Positions 21,860-30,888 of a stretch of DNA of 64,000 bases are shown here, piece by piece. Source of the stretch: a virus. Made by a program: the position numbers and the translations under genes. The first letter of the stretch is position 1. The number at the start of each line of letters is the position of its first letter. The stretch lies in IMG/VR virus record IMGVR_UViG_3300045988_095964; one strand, 5' to 3'. A model generated the notes under the pieces. The model worked only from the letters and a program-made list of their open reading frames with translations. It made no database searches and was not told the origin of the DNA.

Positions 21860-22059
21860 TGCGGTGTGCGGAGAACGGTGCGCATGCGGTGCTGATTGTG
21901 CGGTGATAGTTGTGTGGAGACGGTATTGCGGTGTGTGATCGTGTGCGTGGGTGTGAATACGGTGCGTAACTGGTGAATCTGTGGAGGTCGTGTGCGGTGG
22001 TTGAAAAATGGTTGAAAGTGCGGGTTACCCCGGTAAATCGCCCTCTTACTGGTGCGGTG
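21860..22059 (+). repeat. Iteron-like array: six exact TGCGGTG heptamers in one orientation, in G+T-rich C-poor DNA
   Basis: TGCGGTG occurs at 21860, 21885, 21899, 21927, 21993 and 22053, plus near-variants (GGTGCGC, GGTGCGT, GTGCGTG, GTGCGGG). The region is non-coding. Confidence 0.75.
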
Positions 22060-22087
22060 TTCCTGTTTCGTTATAGTTTTCCCGGTG

Positions 22088-22145
22088 TTTTGACCAAAAA
22101 TACTTGTATATAATTTTGTTATGTTTTAAGAAATAACTACCTTTG
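22088..22145 (+). promoter_or_regulatory. Class-2 promoter, copy E1
   Basis: ttttgaccaa...ataattttgttatgttttaagaaataacTAccTTTG. About 77% identical over 65 nt to 25955-26019, in identical register. Confidence 0.6.
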
Positions 22146-22214
22146 TAATACGATGATTGAACGATACATCGGCAGGTTATTTGAAGCAAAAGATTAACTT
22201 AAAATTATACAACT

Positions 22215-22415
22215 ATGAAAACAGCTATTGAAAATGTGGTAAAAGGTGAGTTCATCCGTTTTAAGGAGAATGGCCCGGTTTATGTGAAAGGTGCATATAC
22301 GACGCTTGGCTATAAACGTGGTGAAGGTCGTTACGAGTGTACGGCATTCGACGATGCGAACAAGTGGCGCAACGTGAAGAAAGGCACCGAAGTATTCGTA
22401 GACTTTGAATTCTAA
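22215..22415 (+). CDS. hypothetical protein
   Basis: A 66-aa ATG ORF, the first gene after promoter E1. Confidence 0.55.
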   Translation: MKTAIENVVKGEFIRFKENGPVYVKGAYTTLGYKRGEGRYECTAFDDANKWRNVKKGTEVFVDFEF

Positions 22416-22432
22416 TCAAACCAAGCATAACT

Positions 22433-22780
22433 ATGAAAGCACTGAAATTCAAATTTGATCTCGACAACAAAGTAGCAATTTATGTTCCGTCCACTATCGG
22501 CGTTGACAAAATCTGCGACACACGCAAGCAGGTTGACGAAACATTGACGAAGCTGTCCGGTTGGTTTGGCGGCGCGACGGCTACCGACGCAATCGGCGGA
22601 TGGCAGAGTGAAAGCGGTAAACTGGTCAAAGAGCGTATTACCATTGTGTACGCATTCTGCACGAAGATGCAGTTCACTGAGCATATCGACGAGCTGGTCG
22701 AATACTGCGAGAAAATGCGCGACGAACTCGGCCAAGAGGCGGTGGCGCTTGAATACAACGGTCAAATAGCATTTATCTAA
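22433..22780 (+). CDS. hypothetical protein
   Basis: 115 aa, containing FGGATATDAIGGWQSESGKLVKE. There is a weak memory-based resemblance to DUF3574-like proteins, which is not asserted. Confidence 0.55.
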   Translation: MKALKFKFDLDNKVAIYVPSTIGVDKICDTRKQVDETLTKLSGWFGGATATDAIGGWQSESGKLVKERITIVYAFCTKMQFTEHIDELVEYCEKMRDELGQEAVALEYNGQIAFI

Positions 22781-22786
22781 AACTAT

Positions 22787-23020
22787 ATGATTATGATGAC
22801 AAAAGAGACTGCACTGGCTACGGCCCGCGACTACGTGAAACTCCACGACAAACGCGAGGCCCGCGTACACGTGGCTGAAATGACGAACATGCGAAACTAT
22901 CTGAAAGACGCGCTCGATACAGGCCGCGGTGGTCAGTACGCAGAGACACGAACCCGCATGAAGCAGGAGTATGATATGCTGATCGAAGCATTTAACGAAG
23001 TAATTGAGCAAACCTATTAA
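22787..23020 (+). CDS. hypothetical protein
   Basis: A 77-aa ATG ORF. Confidence 0.5.
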   Translation: MIMMTKETALATARDYVKLHDKREARVHVAEMTNMRNYLKDALDTGRGGQYAETRTRMKQEYDMLIEAFNEVIEQTY

Positions 23021-23032
23021 AAGCATACAATC

Positions 23033-23854
23033 ATGGCAAAGTACAATTTCTGGGTCCGCACCACGAAGCAGACCAATCACCCGATGAAGGGTATCGAGAT
23101 GGAGTTCGGCGAATGTCTCCAAATGTTCAACGACTATATGACCCTGCTGGAAAAGCATGGCTGTGAAATCATCGACGCGGAGATTTACCGCATCCAGCCC
23201 GGCGCCGAAGTCCCTGCCGAAAGTTGCGACGGCGATGCGAAGCCCGCAGATACGGTTAACTGCGTCGAGGTGGTGCGCGAGGCTATCCGCAATGAATCTG
23301 AAATCTGCCACATTGTTCGCCTTTCCGAGTTGTTGGCGCATAAGGGGGTTACCCAGCAGGTACTCGATAAAGTGATCCCCTCCCTGCTTGCGTCAGAGGA
23401 AATCAGTGTCTATGGTTGCGGCTATGTAGCCAGTCCACGCCTTTTCGAGCTGAATGGTAATGAACTGACAGAACTGGCGGACCGTGTTCGTTCCCTTGCT
23501 GACGAACATGGTGAATTTTGTGGGAAGCAACTTTCGTTGGTGATGCGACATAACCTTAACAAATTATTCCACCGCGGCGTGATCGAATGCGTGCACGCTA
23601 CTGGCGATGAATGGCGCGTTCTCCCTAAAATGTCATCGGTAGCTGGTAGGCTATACTACCAAATTAAGGTCGCCCTGCGTATGAAAGAAAGTCCGCTGTC
23701 GTTCAAAACCCTGCTGGCAGAAATCGGTGAGGAGAACAAGCCCGAATTACAGGCCGCTCTCAACGAGCTGGTCGAAGTCGGTCTTATCAAACGACTGGCG
23801 GGCGGCAAGGGCGGCTGTCGGTACGACGTAACATTCAAACCTAATGTCATTTAA
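23033..23854 (+). CDS. hypothetical protein
   Basis: A 273-aa ATG ORF. The 309-aa antisense ORF is judged a shadow ORF. Confidence 0.6.
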   Translation: MAKYNFWVRTTKQTNHPMKGIEMEFGECLQMFNDYMTLLEKHGCEIIDAEIYRIQPGAEVPAESCDGDAKPADTVNCVEVVREAIRNESEICHIVRLSELLAHKGVTQQVLDKVIPSLLASEEISVYGCGYVASPRLFELNGNELTELADRVRSLADEHGEFCGKQLSLVMRHNLNKLFHRGVIECVHATGDEWRVLPKMSSVAGRLYYQIKVALRMKESPLSFKTLLAEIGEENKPELQAALNELVEVGLIKRLAGGKGGCRYDVTFKPNVI

Positions 23855-23857
23855 GCT

Positions 23858-24070
23858 ATGAATGCACAAGTAGTCAAAGAGTATATCGCGGCGAACTATG
23901 GTCATATCGTACCGTATAACGCCGAAATAACTGGTAGTGAACTGGCTGACCGTATCAGTGAACAGTATGACCCGACAGAACCGCATAACCATTACGCGAT
24001 TGAAGTGGCGGCGGAACTCGGTGGTCGCTGGTCCCGAAAAGGCAACGGTGTAATCGAGTGGAGGAACTGA
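23858..24070 (+). CDS. hypothetical protein
   Basis: A 70-aa ATG ORF. Confidence 0.5.
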   Translation: MNAQVVKEYIAANYGHIVPYNAEITGSELADRISEQYDPTEPHNHYAIEVAAELGGRWSRKGNGVIEWRN

Positions 24071-24072
24071 TT

Positions 24073-24342
24073 ATGAAGCTGTTTCATGTACGTGTCCAAA
24101 AGTGGCAGAGCAACCATTATTACCCGATAACCGAGTATAAATACTCGAACGGCGTAATATATTCTCGATGGCTTTGCCGTGATAAATGGCATCCGGTGTG
24201 GATGGGCCATGTCTGTAATATCAAAGATACGATTAAGTATCTGCGTATGCTGGTGAGCGGAAAGTATGGTTCCTACGTGGTCCCCCTCAACTATGATAAC
24301 GAAGAAGTATTTTACAAAGATGGCAACAATAAAGATCACTGA
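24073..24342 (+). CDS. hypothetical protein
   Basis: ATG at 24073 (MKLFHVRVQKW..) inside track ORF 24058-24342. Confidence 0.5.
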   Translation: MKLFHVRVQKWQSNHYYPITEYKYSNGVIYSRWLCRDKWHPVWMGHVCNIKDTIKYLRMLVSGKYGSYVVPLNYDNEEVFYKDGNNKDH

Positions 24343-25045
24343 GTTTACAGACCGTAAAACGGTGCGCGATTTTCTCGACATGTTCGAGAGCGATATTCGC
24401 GGTGTTTGCGAGAAATACGGTCTCAACTATGAACGCACCAAGGCGAGCTATTCGTCGAACGTGGTGTCCCTTAGCTGTGACCTGCGCCCAACGGATGCCC
24501 CGTACAGCGCAAGTGAGCATGCCCGGTCTGATGCCTTTGCCAAGACACACGGTATTGAATTCGGTGAGCATTTCATCGGTAGCAAATACCGTATTCGATT
24601 CAAAGGGGCTATTCGTTTAGCGACTGTCACCGGCATAAGACACTCTGCGCGTAAATATCCGGTGCGGATCGTGCTCGATGACGGGACCGTTGTGGTTACA
24701 ACTACCGCGTCCCTTAAAGGTGCTTATGATGCCAGTGGGAGCGAGACTATCGAATCAATAAAAACGTACCTTGCATATACGTTCGACGACGATACGATGA
24801 CAGACGCCCAAACGACCGCGTGGGACGCAGTAGACGCTTCGATAGCTTGTCTTGTCAGTCGTGAAAAAGAACCTCACTTTTACGAACTTCTCGACGACAT
24901 AGCTGAAAACTACTGGAAACGCTTCTCCGAAGATACCCAAAACAGCCTCGTGCATACTTTGCGCAACTTTATCGAGAAGTCGATTACCTCCGACGAGGTG
25001 GTCCGTAGATTCGAAAAGGTTATATCGCATGAATATCCCTTTTAG
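24320..25045 (+). CDS. hypothetical protein
   Basis: ATG at 24320 (MATIKITEF..) inside track ORF 24266-25045. Confidence 0.55.
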   Translation: MATIKITEFTDRKTVRDFLDMFESDIRGVCEKYGLNYERTKASYSSNVVSLSCDLRPTDAPYSASEHARSDAFAKTHGIEFGEHFIGSKYRIRFKGAIRLATVTGIRHSARKYPVRIVLDDGTVVVTTTASLKGAYDASGSETIESIKTYLAYTFDDDTMTDAQTTAWDAVDASIACLVSREKEPHFYELLDDIAENYWKRFSEDTQNSLVHTLRNFIEKSITSDEVVRRFEKVISHEYPF

Positions 25046-25047
25046 CT

Positions 25048-25305
25048 ATGAATGAAGAACTGAACCAATTTACGGTTGCTTACTTAGCAGAACGACCGTT
25101 CACAGAAACGAGTTTTGCCGAATTTTCAGAGCGTTGGTCACGGGAAAGATTCCTGCACGTTCGTGCGGGGTCTCCCCGTAGGCTCGATGATGGCAAAACG
25201 ATTGAAATAACGTGTGGCTATGACCCCCGACGGTCGGGAACACGGTTGGCTAAAGTGGTCACGTTTTGCATGACCCGGCTGGCAGAGAAAACCTTAAAAT
25301 ATTAA
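25048..25305 (+). CDS. hypothetical protein
   Basis: An 85-aa ATG ORF. Confidence 0.5.
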   Translation: MNEELNQFTVAYLAERPFTETSFAEFSERWSRERFLHVRAGSPRRLDDGKTIEITCGYDPRRSGTRLAKVVTFCMTRLAEKTLKY

Positions 25306-25306
25306 A

Positions 25307-25540
25307 ATGATGGAAGACAAGGTATTCGAAGAGTTTTACTCATTAGGTTTCGGTAAGCGTTACTATATTTTTGCTTACCAAGTGGGCGGACGAACCTACT
25401 ATCAAATTAATGATCGGCAATCACATGGTTCCAATAAACAGCCTCAGTCGATAATAAAGAATGGTGTGGAGTTTCCTCTCCATGTTGGTATTACAGCGAG
25501 TGAATTGTTACGTGGAATCGCAATCGCACAAAAACAATGA
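25307..25540 (+). CDS. hypothetical protein
   Basis: A 77-aa ATG ORF. Confidence 0.5.
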   Translation: MMEDKVFEEFYSLGFGKRYYIFAYQVGGRTYYQINDRQSHGSNKQPQSIIKNGVEFPLHVGITASELLRGIAIAQKQ

Positions 25541-25857
25541 AAGAGTTTCTGGACCCCTATGACCCTGCGTATCTCGAAGACCCGGTTGACAAAAACCCTT
25601 ACCGGCTTCCTAACTGGGAACGTGTGAAATGCCGCAAAGTCGGCATACTGCAAAGTTACCTGCGGGCGGCAAAAGTTTCATATGACTGGGACGACGGTTT
25701 CCGTGTCGAGAGACAGTTCAATGCCTATTCCGATGCTCGTTATTTGTACGTGTCCGATGATGGCGAGTACTGCTATGGTACTGCCGAGCAGTGCTTAATT
25801 GCGTCGCGCAAAGTGTCAGATGTTATCCGTCCGCTGTTAAAGTGGTTGCATAAATAG
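25537..25857 (+). CDS. hypothetical protein
   Basis: 106 aa with an ATGA overlap. Confidence 0.5.
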   Translation: MKEFLDPYDPAYLEDPVDKNPYRLPNWERVKCRKVGILQSYLRAAKVSYDWDDGFRVERQFNAYSDARYLYVSDDGEYCYGTAEQCLIASRKVSDVIRPLLKWLHK

Positions 25858-25880
25858 TCCGAATACCTATATTATAATAG

Positions 25881-25918
25881 GGGTGTGCCCGGTCCCTGCG
25901 TACTGGTACACCCTTTTT
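25881..25918 (+). terminator. Rho-independent terminator
   Basis: A 9-bp stem gggtgtgcc/ggtacaccc (one G-U pair) followed by TTTTT. Confidence 0.7.
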
Positions 25919-25954
25919 CACTCTTGTTCCTCTTTTGTTATACGTTTGTGGTAC

Positions 25955-26012
25955 TTTTGACCAATCATATTTACAGATAATTTTGTTATGTCTTAAAATA
26001 TAACTATTTTTG
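25955..26012 (+). promoter_or_regulatory. Class-2 promoter, copy E2
   Basis: ttttgaccaa...ataattttgttatgtcttaaaatataacTAttTTTG. The distance from ttttgacc to the -7 box is 50 nt, as in E1. Confidence 0.6.
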
Positions 26013-26042
26013 TGTATCGAAATTTTAATAAACCACAAAGCC

Positions 26043-26801
26043 ATGAAAGACAACAAGTTAGCACAGGAAGTAAAGGTATCGAACACCAACGAGAACTATG
26101 AGGGTTGTTTGTTGTATAGTTTTGACAAGGCTGACCAAAAAGGTCTCGCACAAAATGTCAAAAAACTGACCGGCGTCATTCTCGATCTCAGCCATTATGA
26201 CAAGAATGATTTCTATGGTAAAAACCATTTCTATTTCGAGCTTCCTGTTAAGGGCGGGTCCGAAACCTACGAAATCTATTCCCGGTATGGCCAAGTACAT
26301 ATCGGCGGTTCCTCCGAACATTACACCCGGTTGGTCGATGTAGTGAAGCTAATCAGCGACGGTGTTGAAGTCGAGCAGGTTAATGACGTTTACGCCGCGT
26401 TCAAGCAGTTGGCGATGAAAACTCCGATACCTGCCAAAAAGTCCGCTCCCGCGAAAAAAGCTACCCCTGTCGAAGCTACTGCGCCGAAGCGCACGAAAAC
26501 GCTGTCCGAAAGTGAGGACCGCCTGCTGAACGAGCTTGACAAACGACTGTTCGACAAGTGGGCCAAGCTATACGATCAGTTCCTCGACGACAACGATTTT
26601 GAAGCCGTTCGCCCGCAACTTGCCAAAACGGCGGAACTCGCTACCAAAGCAACGCCGTTCGGTATTAAGCTCATTAAACTCACCCAGCGTCCGTTCGGTG
26701 CCCTGTTCCAGTATTACGGTCTGGCATTCGGTTATAAGCTCCGTCTGACCGAAGACGACGAAATCGAATCCGCCGTAAATGTAGTAGCAAACCAACGTTA
26801 A
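26043..26801 (+). CDS. hypothetical protein with Pro/Ala/Lys linker
   Basis: ATG at 26043, with linker PIPAKKSAPAKKATPVEATAPKR. Confidence 0.55.
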   Translation: MKDNKLAQEVKVSNTNENYEGCLLYSFDKADQKGLAQNVKKLTGVILDLSHYDKNDFYGKNHFYFELPVKGGSETYEIYSRYGQVHIGGSSEHYTRLVDVVKLISDGVEVEQVNDVYAAFKQLAMKTPIPAKKSAPAKKATPVEATAPKRTKTLSESEDRLLNELDKRLFDKWAKLYDQFLDDNDFEAVRPQLAKTAELATKATPFGIKLIKLTQRPFGALFQYYGLAFGYKLRLTEDDEIESAVNVVANQR

Positions 26802-26824
26802 TAACCTTAAAATCTTATACAGCT

Positions 26825-27076
26825 ATGATTCGTCCTACAATCGTCATCGACAAAACAGCCGCACAAATGGCCTACGCTCTGACCCAGCGCCATCCCAGTA
26901 AATACAACTTTAATGAGCTTCTCACGTGGCCGAGTGAAACCCTCGCCAAAACATACCTGCGGCACGCTTCTAATATGCGTGAGGTGCGCCCCTATTTATG
27001 TCAATTCGCACGGTTTAACCGCCTTAATCCCCGTAATGCACACACGGCTGTCCTCTTTTATAAATCCCTCGAATAA
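26825..27076 (+). CDS. hypothetical protein
   Basis: An 83-aa ATG ORF. Confidence 0.5.
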   Translation: MIRPTIVIDKTAAQMAYALTQRHPSKYNFNELLTWPSETLAKTYLRHASNMREVRPYLCQFARFNRLNPRNAHTAVLFYKSLE

Positions 27077-27099
27077 TCACCGCTAAATCCCACGATAAA

Positions 27100-28299
27100 A
27101 TGGCACACGAAATTGCAACCGCCCTTAACGGCAAAGTAGTTGAAATCGACACCACCACTGGCAAATGCCGTCGCGTTATGCACGACTTTGCCGAGCTTGA
27201 CGAATCCGTGCTCGACACGGTGAGCATGAATCTGAAAATTTACCAAAGCTATCTGCGTGATCGCTTCATCGGTGAGGACGTGCCCCTCAAAAAAGGCAAA
27301 CTGTATTTCCGCGGTTATCGTATTACGTGCGACGCCGAGAGCGGTTTTCAAATCACCGATACCAATAACGGCTATGCCGAGGTCGATACGCCGTTTGAGG
27401 GAATTCCGTCGCCGCGCGAACTCGGTGACATGTTCGACGGCAAGAGTATTATCCGCCATACTGCCGACGAACTGGCCGAAGCCGCTGAACGCGGTCGTAA
27501 AAAACTGGCGGAGGAGCGTGAACGTATCGACGAGGTGGTTGAGGGCGAACCCGACTATGAGCTGTTGCGCCGCAAGGTGCTCGCTAAAATATCCGCTATC
27601 CGTACCGGTAAATCCGAGAAGATCGACCCGGCATTGGTTCCCGACATGATTCCGTTCAAAAAGTGGCGCATGGCGGTTAATAAAGTCCTCAAGCAGTGGA
27701 AAGAGCGTCGCATCCGGTACGCAAAATTTCTTGCCGCGGTCGAACAAATTACCGAGGAGCAAGTATTCGAGGACGTTACCGAACCCAAGCGGTGTTCGTT
27801 CGTCGGTACGTTGTTACCCGACTTCAAGAAAGTCGGTGAACTGGTCGGCAATCAAATCATGGTTGACGGCAAACTGATCGGTGCGGTGTCGTTCCTGCAA
27901 GATTACCTGCTCCACTATGAGCCGAAAGTCATGCCGCGGTTAATGCAGTACGCCAACGGCGATATTGACGCGGTTACGCTTCTTAAAGACCCCTATACGA
28001 AAGATACAGTTGAATTCAACCCGAAATTGCTGGCGCGTACTGCTGAATCCGCACAAGTGCTTACCGCGTTGTTTGCCAGCGTCGGTCTCGAAGCACCGCA
28101 AGACGTATACTATGACGACACGCTGAAAGTCGGTGACAAGATTCTGTTGTGGTACAACGAACGGTGGAGCAAGAAAACCATCCTCCGTGTCGAAGACAAC
28201 GGTATTTTCTTCTCCACGGAGTTTCAGTTGTTGAAAGCTGACAAATTCATCAAATTGCCCGCGGAAGAAACCGAGGACGACACCACTAACGAAGAATAA
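27100..28299 (+). CDS. hypothetical protein
   Basis: A 399-aa ATG ORF. No motif recognised. Confidence 0.6.
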   Translation: MAHEIATALNGKVVEIDTTTGKCRRVMHDFAELDESVLDTVSMNLKIYQSYLRDRFIGEDVPLKKGKLYFRGYRITCDAESGFQITDTNNGYAEVDTPFEGIPSPRELGDMFDGKSIIRHTADELAEAAERGRKKLAEERERIDEVVEGEPDYELLRRKVLAKISAIRTGKSEKIDPALVPDMIPFKKWRMAVNKVLKQWKERRIRYAKFLAAVEQITEEQVFEDVTEPKRCSFVGTLLPDFKKVGELVGNQIMVDGKLIGAVSFLQDYLLHYEPKVMPRLMQYANGDIDAVTLLKDPYTKDTVEFNPKLLARTAESAQVLTALFASVGLEAPQDVYYDDTLKVGDKILLWYNERWSKKTILRVEDNGIFFSTEFQLLKADKFIKLPAEETEDDTTNEE

Positions 28300-28301
28300 C
28301 A

Positions 28302-28571
28302 ATGTATCGTAACAATGCACAAGGGCGTGCTGACGCCGCCAAGAAATTTACCAAATATTTTGGTAAAGATGGTCTGAACTTTTCCGATTATATCGACGAT
28401 AAGGTCAGTGCCGTAACTGGCATAGTAGAGTTCGACATTATCAAATTTGACGAGAGACTTCACGAAATCGTCGGCAACTATGATGAGCAGTACCATTGCT
28501 CCATGAAAGAAATTATCAAGCGTCATTATGGTAACGATGCCGCTAACTTTATCGAAAGCCTGTTCTTATGA
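28302..28571 (+). CDS. hypothetical protein
   Basis: An 89-aa ATG ORF. Confidence 0.5.
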   Translation: MYRNNAQGRADAAKKFTKYFGKDGLNFSDYIDDKVSAVTGIVEFDIIKFDERLHEIVGNYDEQYHCSMKEIIKRHYGNDAANFIESLFL

Positions 28572-28996
28572 ACCAAGAAAAAAAACCTACTCAGTGGCGC
28601 AAGTCTCCGGAATATCGTGATCGCGTTCAACAAAGTTTCCGAAAGGCTATGGTGTATCTGTACGAAATCTGCCGGAACACTCCTTATCGTCCGCGGCAAG
28701 GTTTCACTGAGGTGTTCTCTACGTGTGGTTTATCGCGGAGCGCCATCCGGTCTTTCCTCCCCGCGCTGGAGAAAATGAACGTGGTAAAACGGTACGGAAC
28801 CAACCAAGGTATGCGTGTATTGTGGTGCTTGCGTGACGTGACACCTAACGACGTGGAATTTGACACGATGTGCCACGAGGTATACACAATGTATATCCGT
28901 GACAATTTTAGCTGGAAATTGCCTACAAAACTAAGCGATTTCTCTGATGAAGAAATTAAAAACGAGGCTCTGCGACGGGGACTCCTTAACAATTAA
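28568..28996 (+). CDS. Putative winged-helix DNA-binding protein
   Basis: 142 aa. STCGLSRSAIRSFLPALEKMNVVKRYG looks like a wHTH. ATGA overlap. Confidence 0.4.
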   Translation: MNQEKKPTQWRKSPEYRDRVQQSFRKAMVYLYEICRNTPYRPRQGFTEVFSTCGLSRSAIRSFLPALEKMNVVKRYGTNQGMRVLWCLRDVTPNDVEFDTMCHEVYTMYIRDNFSWKLPTKLSDFSDEEIKNEALRRGLLNN

Positions 28997-29000
28997 AACT

Positions 29001-29375
29001 ATGAGCAAAGTATCTATTTCTAAAGAATTCGGACTCAACCCCACGGTAGAAACCTGCTTTATCTGCGGGGAGTCCATAGGAGTTGCCCTTTTGGGGACTG
29101 CCTACAAAGACAAAGATGGTAAAGTTGCCCAAGCTCCTCCGCAGGTATGCTGTGGTCACGCTTGTGACGGTTGTTCCAAGATCATCGCTGACGGCGGTAT
29201 CTTTTTTATCGAGGTGCGCGACGGTGAAACAGGAGATAATCCTTATCGGACTGGTCGTGTCATTGCTATCAAAGAAGACGCGGTTAAGCGTGTGCTCAAA
29301 CAGTACAACAAGGTAAACTACGTTGAGCAAACTGCATTCAACAAGTTGTTCCCTAAATACGAAAAGATCGACTGA
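29001..29375 (+). CDS. Cys-rich (zinc-binding?) protein
   Basis: ATG at 29001, with CFICGES ... VCCGHACDGC. Confidence 0.5.
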   Translation: MSKVSISKEFGLNPTVETCFICGESIGVALLGTAYKDKDGKVAQAPPQVCCGHACDGCSKIIADGGIFFIEVRDGETGDNPYRTGRVIAIKEDAVKRVLKQYNKVNYVEQTAFNKLFPKYEKID

Positions 29376-29779
29376 TGAAGATTTCAAAACGTGAGCTAAT
29401 GATTCTCACCGGCCAGCTTTGTCCCTACTGTAATGAGTGGACAGAGCTACGTGAATCCGGTGAAATTTACGACAAGGACTTCGGACTTCTGTACATGTGT
29501 CCCAAATGCGGAGCATATGCAGGTGTTCATCGTGGAACTATCAACGGTAAAGGGAGTGTTGCCAACAAGGAACTTCGTGATGCCCGCAAACGAGCACACC
29601 TTTATTTCGACGCTATTTGGCAAAAAGGACTTTCAAGCCGCACCCAAGCGTATAAATGGTTATCTTTGCAGTTGGAAATACCTGTCGAAATTACCCATAT
29701 TGGGATGTTTACTGTTGAACAGTGCGAAAAGGTAATCCGTATTTGTAAAGAAAGGTATGGTCAACTCATCCCGAAATAA
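29375..29779 (+). CDS. Zinc-ribbon protein, DUF3268-like
   Basis: CPYC..(26 aa)..CPKCGAYAGVH ... ELRDARKRAHLYFDAIW fits the DUF3268 pattern as I remember it. Confidence 0.5.
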   Translation: MKISKRELMILTGQLCPYCNEWTELRESGEIYDKDFGLLYMCPKCGAYAGVHRGTINGKGSVANKELRDARKRAHLYFDAIWQKGLSSRTQAYKWLSLQLEIPVEITHIGMFTVEQCEKVIRICKERYGQLIPK

Positions 29780-30074
29780 ACATTCTCCGGAGGAGATACG
29801 GCGCATCGACATTATTGTTTGTTCGATGGAACAATACATGGACCTCTACAACTGCAATGAGGACCAGTATGAGAGAGACCTTTGCAGTGTTACTTTCGAC
29901 GAGGCGTACTCGTTTCTTATGGGAGCGTTTCGAAATCTCGAAGAAGTTAACGACCCTATTCCTGCGAGGAAAAACAGGATTGCTTCGATATATGTAGAAA
30001 AATTAAAATTTTGGATCGACTTCAAATGGAACTCCGTAGCTTCAATGTCGAGAGAATCTACTCTGATTGTGTAA
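29757..30074 (+). CDS. hypothetical protein
   Basis: A 105-aa ATG ORF. It overlaps the upstream gene by 23 nt, so the start is uncertain. Confidence 0.4.
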   Translation: MVNSSRNKHSPEEIRRIDIIVCSMEQYMDLYNCNEDQYERDLCSVTFDEAYSFLMGAFRNLEEVNDPIPARKNRIASIYVEKLKFWIDFKWNSVASMSRESTLIV

Positions 30075-30346
30075 CGTGTGTGCTTGGAAATGACATAGGC
30101 ACGAAAAAGGCCATGCTCGATCTGCACGCTGACGATATACGGGATATGCTGTCCCAAATAGAGACTGAAACCATAGGGACCACTGTTTGCAATCTTTTCG
30201 GTTTGTGCCATATCCGGAAAGATGGTGAGCAGTGGACCCCTTATCTGCAAATAGTAAAGATGTTGATGCTTCTTGGGCGCCGCCTAAATCTCGTTGATTG
30301 GAAAGGGACGCTCGAACGAGAAACCACTATAATTTTCAAACTATGA
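30026..30346 (+). CDS. hypothetical protein
   Basis: First ATG in track ORF 30011-30346. The 3' end is ATGA-coupled to the next gene. The start is uncertain, with 30110 as an alternative. Confidence 0.4.
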   Translation: MELRSFNVERIYSDCVTCVLGNDIGTKKAMLDLHADDIRDMLSQIETETIGTTVCNLFGLCHIRKDGEQWTPYLQIVKMLMLLGRRLNLVDWKGTLERETTIIFKL

Positions 30347-30762
30347 AAGTAACCGAAAAAAAGATATTCGGTGACAAGCTCACCGTTACGACAAGTACTG
30401 GAAAGGTTGTCGGAATATTCACTGTCAAGAAAGTCTCTGACGGGGTTCTCACTGTGGAGACTAACGATACCACGTTTCGCATCCCGTTATTCGAGAAAGG
30501 GAAACGTATCTCACTGAATGAATACCGGAGTGCCCTGTTGCATGAGATTGAAACCCGTTACGGGACACTCGGTAAATTCGCCGTTTCCCCGGAGGGTCTG
30601 AAACTGCCTGCACGATACCGAAAGAATCTGCGTGCGTATATGACGAATAAGAACCGCGCGACAATGCCCGTTTTAACGCTGATCGCCCGTGCTTTGGGTC
30701 TTCCCAAACGACGAGCTTCTACCGCGTTTTCCCGTGCTTTTTTTATTGATCTGACCCGGTAA
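30343..30762 (+). CDS. Putative HTH protein
   Basis: ATG at 30343, with an HTH-like C-terminal NRATMPVLTLIARALGLP. Confidence 0.45.
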   Translation: MKVTEKKIFGDKLTVTTSTGKVVGIFTVKKVSDGVLTVETNDTTFRIPLFEKGKRISLNEYRSALLHEIETRYGTLGKFAVSPEGLKLPARYRKNLRAYMTNKNRATMPVLTLIARALGLPKRRASTAFSRAFFIDLTR

Positions 30763-30787
30763 CCGTCCGACCGCATAAAGTCGATAA

Positions 30788-30826
30788 AACCGCCCGAAAA
30801 ATGCCCTTTTCGGTGCGGTTATTTTT
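30788..30826 (+). terminator. Rho-independent terminator
   Basis: A 13-bp stem aaccgcccgaaaa/ttttcgg(t)gcggtt with a 1-nt bulge, followed by ATTTTT. Confidence 0.75.
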
Positions 30827-30858
30827 GTACCTGTTATTGTCAAATACCAAAGAATCAC

Positions 30859-30866
30859 TATATTTG
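30859..30866 (+). promoter_or_regulatory. -7 box TAtaTTTG
   Basis: Exact TAnnTTTG 23 nt before the ATG at 30889. Confidence 0.4.
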
Positions 30867-30888
30867 CGTATAACTTAAAAATCCCGGT

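Noticed and set aside
21637-21885. An 82-aa minus-strand ORF after the array.
   Set aside because: It covers the stem-loop and the 48-bp direct repeats. The region is better explained as non-coding repeats.
22412-23341. A 309-aa ORF on the minus strand, one of the longest in the track.
   Set aside because: It lies entirely antisense to four tightly packed + strand genes that have proper ATG starts and coupling. It looks like a shadow ORF antisense to the + strand coding frames, and it has no independent start context or promoter box.
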